A DNA stretch of 28,097 nucleotides. It comes from Planctomycetaceae bacterium. Its GTDB lineage: Bacteria; Planctomycetota; Planctomycetia; Planctomycetales; Planctomycetaceae. This document shows positions 16,402 to 26,276 of this stretch, piece after piece. Where the stretch lies: NCBI GenBank assembly GCA_047611045.1, contig JBLFXD010000001.1:1-28097 (forward strand), written 5' to 3'. Under the pieces are notes generated by a model. That model was not told the origin of the DNA, ran no database searches, and saw only the letters and a list, made by a program, of their open reading frames with translations. The translations under genes and the position numbers were made by a program. Position 1 is the first letter of the stretch. Each line of letters opens with the position of its first letter.

Positions 16402-17859
16402 ATGGGTAATGTTTTGCATGCTCGGCGGTTGATTGTTGCGGCGGTCGTGCTGGTGTCGGTCGCTTCTGCGACGAGCGAATCCCGTGGCGAAGACTGGCCT
16501 CAGTTTCGAGGGCCAAACGCCAGCGGCATCGCCAGTGAGAGCACAAAGCCGCCGCTCCACTTTTCCGCTGACGAGAACGTCAAGTGGTCGGTCGAGTTGG
16601 GTAAGGGTGTTGCCTGCCCGGTGATCGCTGACGGACGGCTCTTCGCCACAACGATGACCCCGGACGATCGCTTCGCCGTGATCGGTTTCGACGAGGAGTC
16701 CGGCAAAGAACTCTGGCGAACCCACTTCGACGCCGGCAAGCTGCCCGAGATCACGCCTCCTAACGAGCACGCTTCTTCCACTCCAGCCGCCGACGGAAAT
16801 CGCGTCTTCGTCCACTTCAGCACGATCGGGCTGATCGCCCTCGATGCGAAGTCGGGTGACGTTCTGTGGAAGCATCCTCTGCCGATGCCGTTTTATTTGA
16901 TGGGCTGGGGCGCGGCGAATTCTCCCATCCTCTACGGCGAGACCGTCGTCTTTAACCTGGACGATGACTTGGGTTCCTACCTGATCGCTCTGGATCAGAA
17001 AACCGGCGACGTTCGCTGGCGGAAGGAGCGACCGGACATGCTCGGCGGGTACGCAGTGCCCGTTCTGTGCACGGCCAAAGGTCGCACGGATATCGTCGTG
17101 GCGGGGTCCGGAAAACTGATCGGTTATGACCCGTTGACCGGCAGCAACCGCTGGACGTGCAACTCCCTGCTGCGAACGATCATGTCGACGCCGGTGGTGG
17201 ACGGCGACCGGATTTATCTCACGTCACAAAGTTATGGAGATACCGACCGCGTGCTGAAGTTCGCGCTGCTGCAGTGGCGCGACACGAATCAGGACGGCAA
17301 GCTCGAAAAGAAAGAACTCGAAACCGCGTTCCACAAGAAGTTCGACAAAGGCGACGCCAACGGCGACGGCTTCCTGGTCGACGACGAAATCGACGCGGCG
17401 TTTCAGGCACCGACCAACATGGTCGGCGGTGGCAACATCAGTCAGGCGATTCTGGGCGGCGGTTCCGGCGACGTCACAAAGTCGCACATGCTCTGGAACC
17501 TCGACCACAAAACGCCTTCGAACATCGCCTCGCCGCTGGCCTTCGACGGCCGATTGCTGATGGTGAAGAAGGGCGGCATCTCCGCGGCTTTCTCGCTGAA
17601 AGATGGAGAAACGGTCTGGACGAAAAAGCGAGTCGGTAATTACGGCAACTACTACGCGTCGCCGATCGCGGCCGGCGAGTACATCTACGTTCCCGGCGAA
17701 AACGGCAACATCGTCGTCCTGAAAGCCGGCCCGGAGATCGATGTTATTTCGAAAAACGACGTTGGAGACAGCCTGATCGCCACGCCAGCGATCGCCAATA
17801 ACCGACTCTACGTGCGGACTCTGCACAAACTGTTCTGCTTCTCTGAAGAGGCAAAGTAG
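16402..17859 (+). CDS. PQQ-binding-like (BamB-type) beta-propeller protein with an inserted EF-hand pair
   Basis: A signal peptide is followed by EDWPQFRGP, with repeated 'LDAKSGDVLWK' and SSP/STP blade motifs. EF-hand loops are DTNQDGKLEKKE (17281-17316) and DANGDGFLVDDE (17353-17388). Confidence 0.9.
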   Translation: MGNVLHARRLIVAAVVLVSVASATSESRGEDWPQFRGPNASGIASESTKPPLHFSADENVKWSVELGKGVACPVIADGRLFATTMTPDDRFAVIGFDEESGKELWRTHFDAGKLPEITPPNEHASSTPAADGNRVFVHFSTIGLIALDAKSGDVLWKHPLPMPFYLMGWGAANSPILYGETVVFNLDDDLGSYLIALDQKTGDVRWRKERPDMLGGYAVPVLCTAKGRTDIVVAGSGKLIGYDPLTGSNRWTCNSLLRTIMSTPVVDGDRIYLTSQSYGDTDRVLKFALLQWRDTNQDGKLEKKELETAFHKKFDKGDANGDGFLVDDEIDAAFQAPTNMVGGGNISQAILGGGSGDVTKSHMLWNLDHKTPSNIASPLAFDGRLLMVKKGGISAAFSLKDGETVWTKKRVGNYGNYYASPIAAGEYIYVPGENGNIVVLKAGPEIDVISKNDVGDSLIATPAIANNRLYVRTLHKLFCFSEEAK

Positions 17860-17863
17860 CACC

Positions 17864-19819
17864 ATGATTTACTCAATTGTTCATCGAACGTTTTGTCAGA
17901 GCCGAGTCCTGACGACAGTGCTCCTGACCACCGTGCTCGTGGCCGGCACGGTTGAAGCCGCCGAGTTCGTACAGGTCATTCACGGCCCTGAGGCAGCTCC
18001 GCTCGAAAAGCTCGCCGCCAGCGAACTTGCCGACATCCTGGACCGAGTGTTTGACGATGTCGAAGTCCGCAGCGGAAGTGTCGTCGCGCAACGAGCCGGA
18101 ACAATCCTCTTCGTCGGGAATCCTGACACGAACCCGCGAATCGCTCCCAATAACTTCGACTGGCCGATGGTGACCGATCAGGGAATCGCCATCGTTTCGA
18201 ACGGCGAACAGAAACTTCACGCCGTCGGAGGCGGAAGTCCGGCCGCAACAATGTGGGCCGCCTGCGAACTCGGGCATCGCCTGGGAATTCGATACCTGCT
18301 GCGGGGAGACATCGACCCACTCAGCAAACGGGCCTTTGACCTGTCAGACATCGAGTTCACGATTGAGCCGCAGGTTCGTGAGCGCGGCTGGGAGACGCTC
18401 GGAGCGGGCGCGCACTCATTCGAATCATGGGGACTCGTCGATCATCAGCGAGTGATCAGGCAGCTCGCCAAAATGAAATTCAATCATTTGATCCTGAAGA
18501 TCGAACCTTGGCATCCGTTCCTCCAATACGACTTTGAAGGCGTTTCGAAAACCACGGGCACGTTCTGGCACGGAAGGAATTATCCACTGACCGGAGACGT
18601 CGTCGGCAAAAAGGCCTTCGGCGGAGCAAAGTTCTTTTCACATCCGACCTTGGCAGACGCCGACTCGCCCGCCAATCGGAAAGCGGAACAGCAGCGTTTC
18701 CTGACGTCGTTGATTGATTCGGCAAAGAAGTACGGCATGTCTGTTTCCGTCCAGCTCCGACGATCGAGGTTTGCTCCGGAATTCGCCAAAGTCCTAAAGG
18801 GTTCTTCCAGCAAGCCCGGTCAACTTTTGAGCATTTCTCCGGCCAACCTGCAGAAGCCGGAACGTGAAGCGCAGATGCTGTTTGCGGCTGGAATGAAGTC
18901 CGCGTTCAAGACGTACCCCGGTGTCGATCAGGTGTCCTGGCTGAAGGCACGTTCGGCGACTCGACGATTCGGAGTCGTCACTTCCATCAGACGCGAGTCG
19001 GCGGAAACGAGTGTCCCGAATCTGGATCGAACTGTCGCCAAAAACAAAACAGAGATTCCCGCCCCGGCAAAGGACTCGCGGCTCTCACTGGCGATTCACT
19101 CACCGACCCTGGACATGCTTCCGCAGATGCATTCGCAGGATGTACAGCGAACCCTGCAGGACGCGATCAAAGCTGGCTGGACTTCCGTCGCCATTGGACC
19201 ATCGACAATCAACGAGTTCAGCCAGGACGTGCACTATGTTTCGCGGGCGATGTGGGATGTCAGCTTGAGTCCCGCTGATTCGCACAAAGATCTCTGGGCG
19301 ACGACGACCGGAAACGAATCGGCGTCCGATCGCTTGTGGCTGGGTCGTCAGCACCTGGAAAAGGCATCCGCACTGATTCTTGCCAACGACCCGGGTCTGG
19401 TGAAGCTTGGTCCGGGAATGCTGATAAAGCGACACTACATTGCCGAGCCGATTCCCGAATGGTGGGCGGAAGCGACGGACGCTTACACGCAGTACCTGAT
19501 CGAACTGTACCGAGCTCAGGGAGCGGTGGACGGCGGTGCAAAACTCGTCCTGTTTTACTACGCCAAGCGCAGCGAGTTTGTGCTGGAGTATCTGGGCGCC
19601 GTAAAAGCCGTTCGAGAAGCCGCACTGGCAAAGAAAGCCGGCGACAATGAGATGGCCGTCGAGCATCTCGAACTGGCCCTTGAGTCAACTTACAACTGCA
19701 TCAACACGCTGTCCGACGTCGCACGCAACCAGGGCGACCGAGGCCTGATCGCCGTTCTGAACGCTTACGCCTATCGCCCACTCGTGGCCGAACTGGAACG
19801 GCTGTCGGAAGAGGAGTGA
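17864..19819 (+). CDS. Secreted hypothetical protein; N-terminal region resembles the accessory domain of GH20/GH67/GH115 glycosidases
   Basis: This is a 651-aa ORF starting 4 nt after the previous stop, with a signal peptide. The pattern 'EKLAASELADIL...AVGGGSPAATMWAACELGHRLGIRYL...P...RG...RVIRQLAKMKFNHL' recalls such domains. The similarity is from recall only. Confidence 0.7.
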   Translation: MIYSIVHRTFCQSRVLTTVLLTTVLVAGTVEAAEFVQVIHGPEAAPLEKLAASELADILDRVFDDVEVRSGSVVAQRAGTILFVGNPDTNPRIAPNNFDWPMVTDQGIAIVSNGEQKLHAVGGGSPAATMWAACELGHRLGIRYLLRGDIDPLSKRAFDLSDIEFTIEPQVRERGWETLGAGAHSFESWGLVDHQRVIRQLAKMKFNHLILKIEPWHPFLQYDFEGVSKTTGTFWHGRNYPLTGDVVGKKAFGGAKFFSHPTLADADSPANRKAEQQRFLTSLIDSAKKYGMSVSVQLRRSRFAPEFAKVLKGSSSKPGQLLSISPANLQKPEREAQMLFAAGMKSAFKTYPGVDQVSWLKARSATRRFGVVTSIRRESAETSVPNLDRTVAKNKTEIPAPAKDSRLSLAIHSPTLDMLPQMHSQDVQRTLQDAIKAGWTSVAIGPSTINEFSQDVHYVSRAMWDVSLSPADSHKDLWATTTGNESASDRLWLGRQHLEKASALILANDPGLVKLGPGMLIKRHYIAEPIPEWWAEATDAYTQYLIELYRAQGAVDGGAKLVLFYYAKRSEFVLEYLGAVKAVREAALAKKAGDNEMAVEHLELALESTYNCINTLSDVARNQGDRGLIAVLNAYAYRPLVAELERLSEEE

Positions 19820-19875
19820 ACCGGCGCGGTCGAGTTCACTCTACGAGATCGAGCATCAGTCAGCTGTCGACCGAA

Positions 19876-21189
19876 CTATTCGATGCAATACAGCTTGTGC
19901 CGAGTTCGCAACAGCACTGAATCGGAGAGGATTGCCGGCGAGGCCATGAGCTGATCATCGATGGCAGATTCGATCAGGTCGGACGGCTCGGCGGATGCCT
20001 TTACAGCAGTGACTGTGCCTTCGTGACTGAAGAAGAAGACATGCCCGTTCGCGAAAACGGGTGACGCTGAGTAATTTCCCGGGATTCGTTTTCGCCAGTG
20101 AGTTTCTCCCGTGTCTGAGTCCAGGCAGGTCAGGATCCCGTTGTCGTTGATCACGAACAGAAGTTGATCAACAAGCACCGGCGATGGGTTCTTCGGGATC
20201 TGACTCTTCTCCTTCCACTTAACGTGAGACTGCGTCACGTCGCCCTCGCCGTCAACTTTGATAGCCCACAACTGAGGTTGACCGTAGCCAGTACAGATAA
20301 AGACGACGCCGTTTCGGTAAACAGGTCGCGGAACATTCGAGAATCCCGAACCATGGTCGACACGCCAGATTTCGTCGCCGGTCGAAGGATCGTAGGAGAC
20401 CACCCACTGAGCGCCGGGAATGACGAGCTGATCTATTCCGTCGTGCGTGATCAGAAGTGGCGTCGAGTAGGCTTTGCGATGCTGACCGTCTTCGTTCCGA
20501 AATGGCGGCCGTGGTGTCTGCCAGACGGTTTTTCCCGTGGTCTTATCAAGAGCGATGATGAACTGAGTGTCGACGCCGTCGCAGACAAGGACGATCAGAT
20601 CCTTATAGAGCATCGGCGAACTGCCGACTCCCACGCTGTAGAAGACGGGAATCGATCGTCGCCAGATCACACGATGCGAATCTCGATCAAGGCAGAAGGT
20701 CCCGTAAACTCCGAAGTGCACATAGAGGCGGTTGCCTTCGATGAAAGGGGTGGGCGAGGCGTAACTGTTGCCTACATGGATCGCTTCCGGATTCTTGACG
20801 AATGCCAGCTCGGTATCGAGAGCGACTGTTCCGGAGTGCCGATCGTATGACAGGACTCGCAGAGAGACGCTGCCTGCGACCTGCCGACGTTTGAATTTCT
20901 CACGATCAAGTTGAGACTCCTTGAACTGCGCTTCGATCTGTTCGGTCGTAGGTTTTGTCTCGACGGCAGTTGTTACCCAGACGCGGTCACCTTGGACGAT
21001 GGGAGACGACCACGCATTACCCGGCACGTCGACCACCCAACGGACGTGCTCAGAGCCGCTCCACTTCAATGGTATGTTTGATTGCCACGCGACACCTTGC
21101 CCTTCCGGCCCTCGGAATTGAGGCCAGTCGGCTTGCGCTGGCACGTGCAGAGTCGCCGAACCGATCAGAAAGAGGAGCAGAATTCGCAT
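19876..21189 (-). CDS. PQQ-binding-like (BamB-type) beta-propeller protein
   Basis: The signal peptide MRILLLFLIGSATLHVPAQA is followed by DWPQFRGP, with blade motifs WSSPIV, YASPTP, GSSPML, YSTPLL and YSASPV. The start is placed at 21189 rather than 21273. Confidence 0.9.
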   Translation of the reverse strand: MRILLLFLIGSATLHVPAQADWPQFRGPEGQGVAWQSNIPLKWSGSEHVRWVVDVPGNAWSSPIVQGDRVWVTTAVETKPTTEQIEAQFKESQLDREKFKRRQVAGSVSLRVLSYDRHSGTVALDTELAFVKNPEAIHVGNSYASPTPFIEGNRLYVHFGVYGTFCLDRDSHRVIWRRSIPVFYSVGVGSSPMLYKDLIVLVCDGVDTQFIIALDKTTGKTVWQTPRPPFRNEDGQHRKAYSTPLLITHDGIDQLVIPGAQWVVSYDPSTGDEIWRVDHGSGFSNVPRPVYRNGVVFICTGYGQPQLWAIKVDGEGDVTQSHVKWKEKSQIPKNPSPVLVDQLLFVINDNGILTCLDSDTGETHWRKRIPGNYSASPVFANGHVFFFSHEGTVTAVKASAEPSDLIESAIDDQLMASPAILSDSVLLRTRHKLYCIE

Positions 21190-21402
21190 GACGATATCCC
21201 GAGTGGTGAATGCGAGGCTCGCGGGATGAATCGGAATCCATCTCGAATTTGGATTCAGGAGAGGCAGCGACAACTGAGCAATATGTCTCCAGTGTCGCGA
21301 TTGCCGGTCAGTTGATCAATCGCCGACCTTGTCATTCCTGTGTGGTAGTTTGCTCGCTTCCGTGGATCCTTCGTAACGCTGCTCGATTCTCTAGATCGGA
21401 TC

Positions 21403-24387
21403 TCACGGCCTGCCACTGAGGTAACTGAGAAGGTCGGCCATCGCCTGTTTGTTGATGCTTTTCTCAAGCCCTTCCGGCATGAAGGACATGCCGGTGCTCT
21501 TGAGCTTCTCGATTTCAAGGCGAAGCACCTGCCTGGTCGTACCGTCGGCCTGTTGCAACGTGACGGCGTTCGATGTTTCCTCACTGATCATCCCGGTGTA
21601 GACCCGCCCGTCGACTGTCTGCAACACGTAGTTCTGAAACAGCGGCTTGAGCTGACGGTTCGGGTCCAGAATTTCAACCAGCAAAGTCTCTGCGGATCGC
21701 CGAGAGGTGTCGTTGAGTGGCGGTCCGATGGCTTTCCCGACGTCGCCTCGCTTGTGACATGCCGCGCAAACTCGTTCGTAGGCCTTCCGCCCGCGATCTG
21801 GATCACCGGCCATGTTGAGCGAGGATTGATAGCTGGCGATGACCGTTTCTCGACGCGCACCACGATCGTCCGGAAACAGATCACGCATCCTTGCCGCAGT
21901 CGTCTTGTCGGCTTGCGTCAACAGCCACTGGATGCGTGCCCGGTCGACGTCGCCTGGCGAGACGATTTTTGCGGCCACGGCGTCCACCAATCGGTTCGCC
22001 CAGACCGGTCTGGAAAGCAGCGTTTCAATCGTCGTCCGCCGAACGGACGGCGTCATCTGCGGCCATCGATCGAGCAGCAAGTCTGCAACTTCCGGGTGAT
22101 CGAATTTTGCCATCGTCTCGCAAAGTGCCCGTTGCATCGGCACTGGCTGGCCGGGACCGAGCAGCCGATGAAACAGTCGTTGCAGCTCGGTATCGAATTC
22201 CGCCAGACCGAGCGTGCGTACGGCCTCAATGCGACGGTCAATCGGTTGCGAGTCGTCCTGTACCGTCAGGCGAGCCTGCGAGACGAGTTGCTCAAACATC
22301 AACTGCGTCGAGCCGACCTTCGTCAGACGCCGGAGTTCCTCACGACGGACACGAGCGAACAGGCTTCTCTGGATCGCCGAAGCGAATTTCGGATCATCCG
22401 CGTCGATTGTGCTCAGGCTCCGCAGGACGGCGGCGATGCTGGCCGATTCGCCTTGCAGCCCGATCTGTGCTGCCAGATCGAGCAACAGCTGGCGGATCGA
22501 TTTCTTCGAGACAGATTTTCGGTCTTTGACCAGCCGGGAAAATACATCTCCACCGCCAGACACAAGGGAACTTTGCACAGCCATCAGCAGCAATGAGTTT
22601 TCCGAGTCCTGACGAGCGAGCTCAGCGAGCGCGGCGTTTCGTCGTGGTCCTCGGAGTTGCCCCAGGGAAAACGCCAATTGAAAACGCACGCGAATGTCGA
22701 GATCGGCGACGTGACTAAACAGTGCTTCGCGTAGCGGCGAGGAATCTCCCGCCGACAACTCGGCCAGCTGGATTGCGCGTTCGCGCACACGCGGGCTGGC
22801 ATCTTCCAAAGACGAGATCAGTAAGTCGTCCCGCAGTGCGTCGAGTGTTTGCAAAGCAGACAACGCCAGTAGTCGGGCCTGTGGAGAATCTGAGTGTCGT
22901 GCAGTTTCTGTCAAAGGACCGATTGCCGTCGGATCCTGCCGCTCTGACAACAGCCTCGCTGCTGTGTCGCGATGCCAGCCGTTCGGATGTGCGAGCAGGC
23001 GGACCAGTTCGTGAGCGTCGAGTTTGTCCAGACGTGGCCGCAGTCGTGGTTGATGATCCTGTGGAACAATCCGATAGATCCGACCGTGATTAGTGCCGAG
23101 GCTTGGGTCAAGCGTTTTCAACTCGCTCTGCGGGACGAATGCCGCGCCTTCGATCAGCTGGCGGTACATGTCCACAACATAGAGCGCCCCGTCCGGGCCA
23201 TTCGCGAATTGCACGGGGCGGAACCAGCTGTCCCTCGATGCGAGAAATTCGCGTTCTGGATCGGCCCGCAACGCAGCCAGGTGAATGCCTCGCTGTTCAA
23301 GCCGGGCTCGGTACACAAGGTTATTCGCCACTTCACCGACAAACAGATTGCCGTAGAATTCTTTTGGAAAGGCATCACCACGATACATCGTGATCCCGCT
23401 GGCGGATGTGAAGACGCCACCGGACCGGGCCTCTTCACCGCCCTTGCGATCTCCATCGGCCGCGATTCTGGACCTTGCGACTCGCCACGGTTCCAGCGGG
23501 CTGATTCGTTTTAACAGTGCCAGTGGATTCTCGGCGTTAATGTCGCGGGCGGGTGCCGGCGGAGCGAAGAACGGATTGCGTGCCGTGTAACGATCGTCGT
23601 ACAACAATTGTTGAAGCGGATACACGTTGGAGCATAGAAACTTGCGACCCTGATCATCCATCGCCAGTCCGTGCTGACCGCCGCCGCTGGTCAATTCGAA
23701 TTCGAGAGTTCGCGGATCCAGGATCACGCCACGGCCTCGAATGTCGACCGCTTCGGCGTCGGGCTGCTCGGGCCGCCGCACTCGTCCCCCGGCGAAACCG
23801 GTCGCCATGTGGATCCGATTGTCGATTCCCCAACGAAACGAATTCAACAATCCGCCGCCGGCAAAGTCCCTGCCGAATCCGGTCAGAACGACGCGTTTCT
23901 CGTCCGCGACTCCGTCGCCATCACCGTCGCGACAGTAGAGGATGTCCGGCGGAGCTCCGACGAACACACCGCCCTTGTAACAGATCACGGCCGTCGCAAA
24001 CGGCACTTCAACAAAGACCGTCGCTTCGTCAAATTGACCATCGCCGTCCGTGTCCTCCAATCGTCGCACGCGACCTGTGCGCTGAGACTCGCGAGGAATT
24101 CTGTAATGATTGAACTCCGGATAGTCGACGGCAAACAGTACGCCGCTTTCGTCAAACGCCATCGCGACCGGGTCCTGGACTAACGGTTCGCTGGCGACCA
24201 GTTCGATCCGGAAATCGGAATGCAACTCGAACGACTTCAGCGCTTCGGTCGGTTCGAGCGGGTTCACTGTCGACGCCGCACGCGGCTGTTTGGCTTCGGG
24301 CTGAGCACAGGCCTGCGGCGCCGCGGTTCCGCACAGCCACAACATGGCAATCGAAAGAGTCAGAAACAAAGGTGGGCGAGGCATCAT
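21403..24387 (-). CDS. PVC-type haem-binding CxxCH protein (glucose/sorbosone dehydrogenase-like propeller, HEAT-like repeats, cytochrome c domain)
   Basis: Motifs are LVASEPLVQDPVAMAFD, NSFRWGIDNRIH, FRPVQFANGPDGALYVVDMYR and HPNGWHRDTAARLL. The C-terminus has CAACH...GPPL and MPEGLE...DLLSYL. The start is placed at the MM at 24387 (ORF track 24438). Confidence 0.92.
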   Translation of the reverse strand: MMPRPPLFLTLSIAMLWLCGTAAPQACAQPEAKQPRAASTVNPLEPTEALKSFELHSDFRIELVASEPLVQDPVAMAFDESGVLFAVDYPEFNHYRIPRESQRTGRVRRLEDTDGDGQFDEATVFVEVPFATAVICYKGGVFVGAPPDILYCRDGDGDGVADEKRVVLTGFGRDFAGGGLLNSFRWGIDNRIHMATGFAGGRVRRPEQPDAEAVDIRGRGVILDPRTLEFELTSGGGQHGLAMDDQGRKFLCSNVYPLQQLLYDDRYTARNPFFAPPAPARDINAENPLALLKRISPLEPWRVARSRIAADGDRKGGEEARSGGVFTSASGITMYRGDAFPKEFYGNLFVGEVANNLVYRARLEQRGIHLAALRADPEREFLASRDSWFRPVQFANGPDGALYVVDMYRQLIEGAAFVPQSELKTLDPSLGTNHGRIYRIVPQDHQPRLRPRLDKLDAHELVRLLAHPNGWHRDTAARLLSERQDPTAIGPLTETARHSDSPQARLLALSALQTLDALRDDLLISSLEDASPRVRERAIQLAELSAGDSSPLREALFSHVADLDIRVRFQLAFSLGQLRGPRRNAALAELARQDSENSLLLMAVQSSLVSGGGDVFSRLVKDRKSVSKKSIRQLLLDLAAQIGLQGESASIAAVLRSLSTIDADDPKFASAIQRSLFARVRREELRRLTKVGSTQLMFEQLVSQARLTVQDDSQPIDRRIEAVRTLGLAEFDTELQRLFHRLLGPGQPVPMQRALCETMAKFDHPEVADLLLDRWPQMTPSVRRTTIETLLSRPVWANRLVDAVAAKIVSPGDVDRARIQWLLTQADKTTAARMRDLFPDDRGARRETVIASYQSSLNMAGDPDRGRKAYERVCAACHKRGDVGKAIGPPLNDTSRRSAETLLVEILDPNRQLKPLFQNYVLQTVDGRVYTGMISEETSNAVTLQQADGTTRQVLRLEIEKLKSTGMSFMPEGLEKSINKQAMADLLSYLSGRP

Positions 24388-24511
24388 CTCGGCAGCATAA
24401 CACAGTCGCAGCGAGCCAGGAGTCCTGGAAACGGCCACGGCGGCTTGAGGCGATCAGCGTGAGGCACTCCAGGTCTGCGTCGAAACGAAGTTTGACATGA
24501 GAACGCTCAGT

Positions 24512-26160
24512 TCATTTCGCGGAGTGAATCGCAAACAGTCGGCTCTTCGTGCCGATGTAAAGTACGCCGTTCGCAATTGCCGGGTTCGAGTAAATTGCGT
24601 TGCCCATATTCGTCTCTGAGATCAGAGTGCGAGTCCTGGACGCCTTGAAGATTGCGACGTCGCCGTCTTCGTCGCAGCAGTAAACCTTGCCGTCCACAAC
24701 AAGCGGTGTACACCAGGCTGACGCGAATACATCGTACCGCCAGTGGCGGACTCCGGTTTTGGCGTCCAGACAATGAACCAGGCCGCTGAAATCGCTGAGA
24801 AACACCCGCCCTTTGCTGACAGTTGGCGGAGAAACTGTGCGATACAGCCCGTCTTCGAATTTCAGCTTCCCACCGTTGCTGACATCTTTGCCAGCGAATC
24901 GCCAGATCACTGCGGACTTCGGGTTGGGCATGATCGATGTCGTGGGAAACCCCTGACCTTCCTTTCGGTTCAAGATATGACCGGTTCGACCTTTGACGGA
25001 TTCAAGGCTGACGTCTGAGCCGTCCGTATACTTTGTCGGATCGATACACCACACCATGCCGGGTCCCTCGCCGTAGTCAGAATCCTGCCCGGTGGCAACA
25101 TAGACACGACCTTCGTAGATCACTGGCATCGTGACGTACGGGTTGCGACTGCCGCGGCCCTCCTGAGCAAATCGGTTGGATTTGAGATTGCAGTCGAACT
25201 CCCACAACAGCTTGGCGCCACCGTTTCCGTCGCCTTTCGGATCGAAGCTGTAGAGCCAGCCGTCGCCTGCGGGAAACAGCACCTGCGGTTTCCCACCCAG
25301 CACGGCACAGCTCGGTGAAGACCACGAGCCATGAAAGGAACCGATGCCTGGTGCTTCAAACTTCCACAGCAGCTCCCCCGTTCGACGGTCCAGCGCGATG
25401 AAGTCAGGAGCGTCCGGTGCCGGGATGTTGGTGTGCGATTCGTCGGTTCCGTTTCCGGTGACGACAAACAGGATGTCTCCGAAACATGTGCATGAGCACG
25501 TACACATGTTGTGCTGCGAGACTCCCAGTCGGTCCATCATGTCGAACTTCCAGACGATGTCCGCTTCGTCGTCAGCGGTCACTGTTTCCTGGATGAACGC
25601 CCCGTCGTTCTGGTCATCGTGAAACCCCAGAGTGTCCAAACAGACAACTTCACCTCGACTGCTGACGAACCACAATCTCTCCCCATCAACGCAGGGCGCG
25701 GAAACTATGCCCGTGAGCGGCCAATCGTGAATTCGGCCGGTCTTCAACTTTTCGGCGGAGAACTGCCAGAGGAATTTCCCGGTCGCTTCTTCGAAGCACA
25801 GAACGCAACCGATATCCACGTCCGACGGATATCGTTTCAAGTAGCCGCGACCGTTGTTCGTGGAGATAAATACTCGACCGTTAGCAATGACGGGAGAGCC
25901 ATACGTTTGCGATCCCAGCTCGACCGACCATTTAATATTGGTGCCCGTGTCGATGTCCCAGGTTGTTGGAATCTTTCGGCCGAATGGCGTCGCGTTTCGC
26001 AGCGACGTGCCACCCAGCTGCGGCCAGTCATGCAACCCGACGTCGCTTCTCTTCACGTTGTAAGACTCAAACTTTGAATCACCATTATCGAGTTGCTGGG
26101 CCGTGGCATCGCCGGTGAGCAACCAGAAGACAAGCAGGCCGCAAATAAAACGTTCTTCAT
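24512..26160 (-). CDS. PQQ-binding-like beta-propeller protein with an apparent single-base frameshift in the signal peptide
   Basis: DWPQLGG, TYGSPVIA, SWSSP and YSNPAIA lie in the frame 24512-26122. The ATG at 26160, which has an AAGGA RBS, is out of frame by one base at the A4 run 26147-26150. Confidence 0.82.
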
Positions 26161-26276
26161 GCCAGATTCCTTAAGCGGTGAGGTGCCATCTCGGCGTGGT
26201 GGGGCCGGCAAATCTTGTCAGGTCTTAAAACTCCGTTGAACTTGAGACGCGGGCACGGCAACGGTGGCTGCTTGAA

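Noticed and set aside
19827-19873. CGGTCGA/TCGACCG inverted repeat between convergent genes as a terminator
   Set aside because: The stem is only 7 bp with a 33-nt loop and no U-tract on either strand.
21553-23514. Plus-strand ORFs of 347, 212 and 180 aa
   Set aside because: They are antisense to the well-supported PVC-type haem protein and have no independent motifs.
16402-26160. PQQ-dependent dehydrogenase function for the three propeller proteins
   Set aside because: Only the generic blade repeats are visible. This BamB-like family is greatly expanded in planctomycetes, and PQQ catalysis cannot be shown from sequence.
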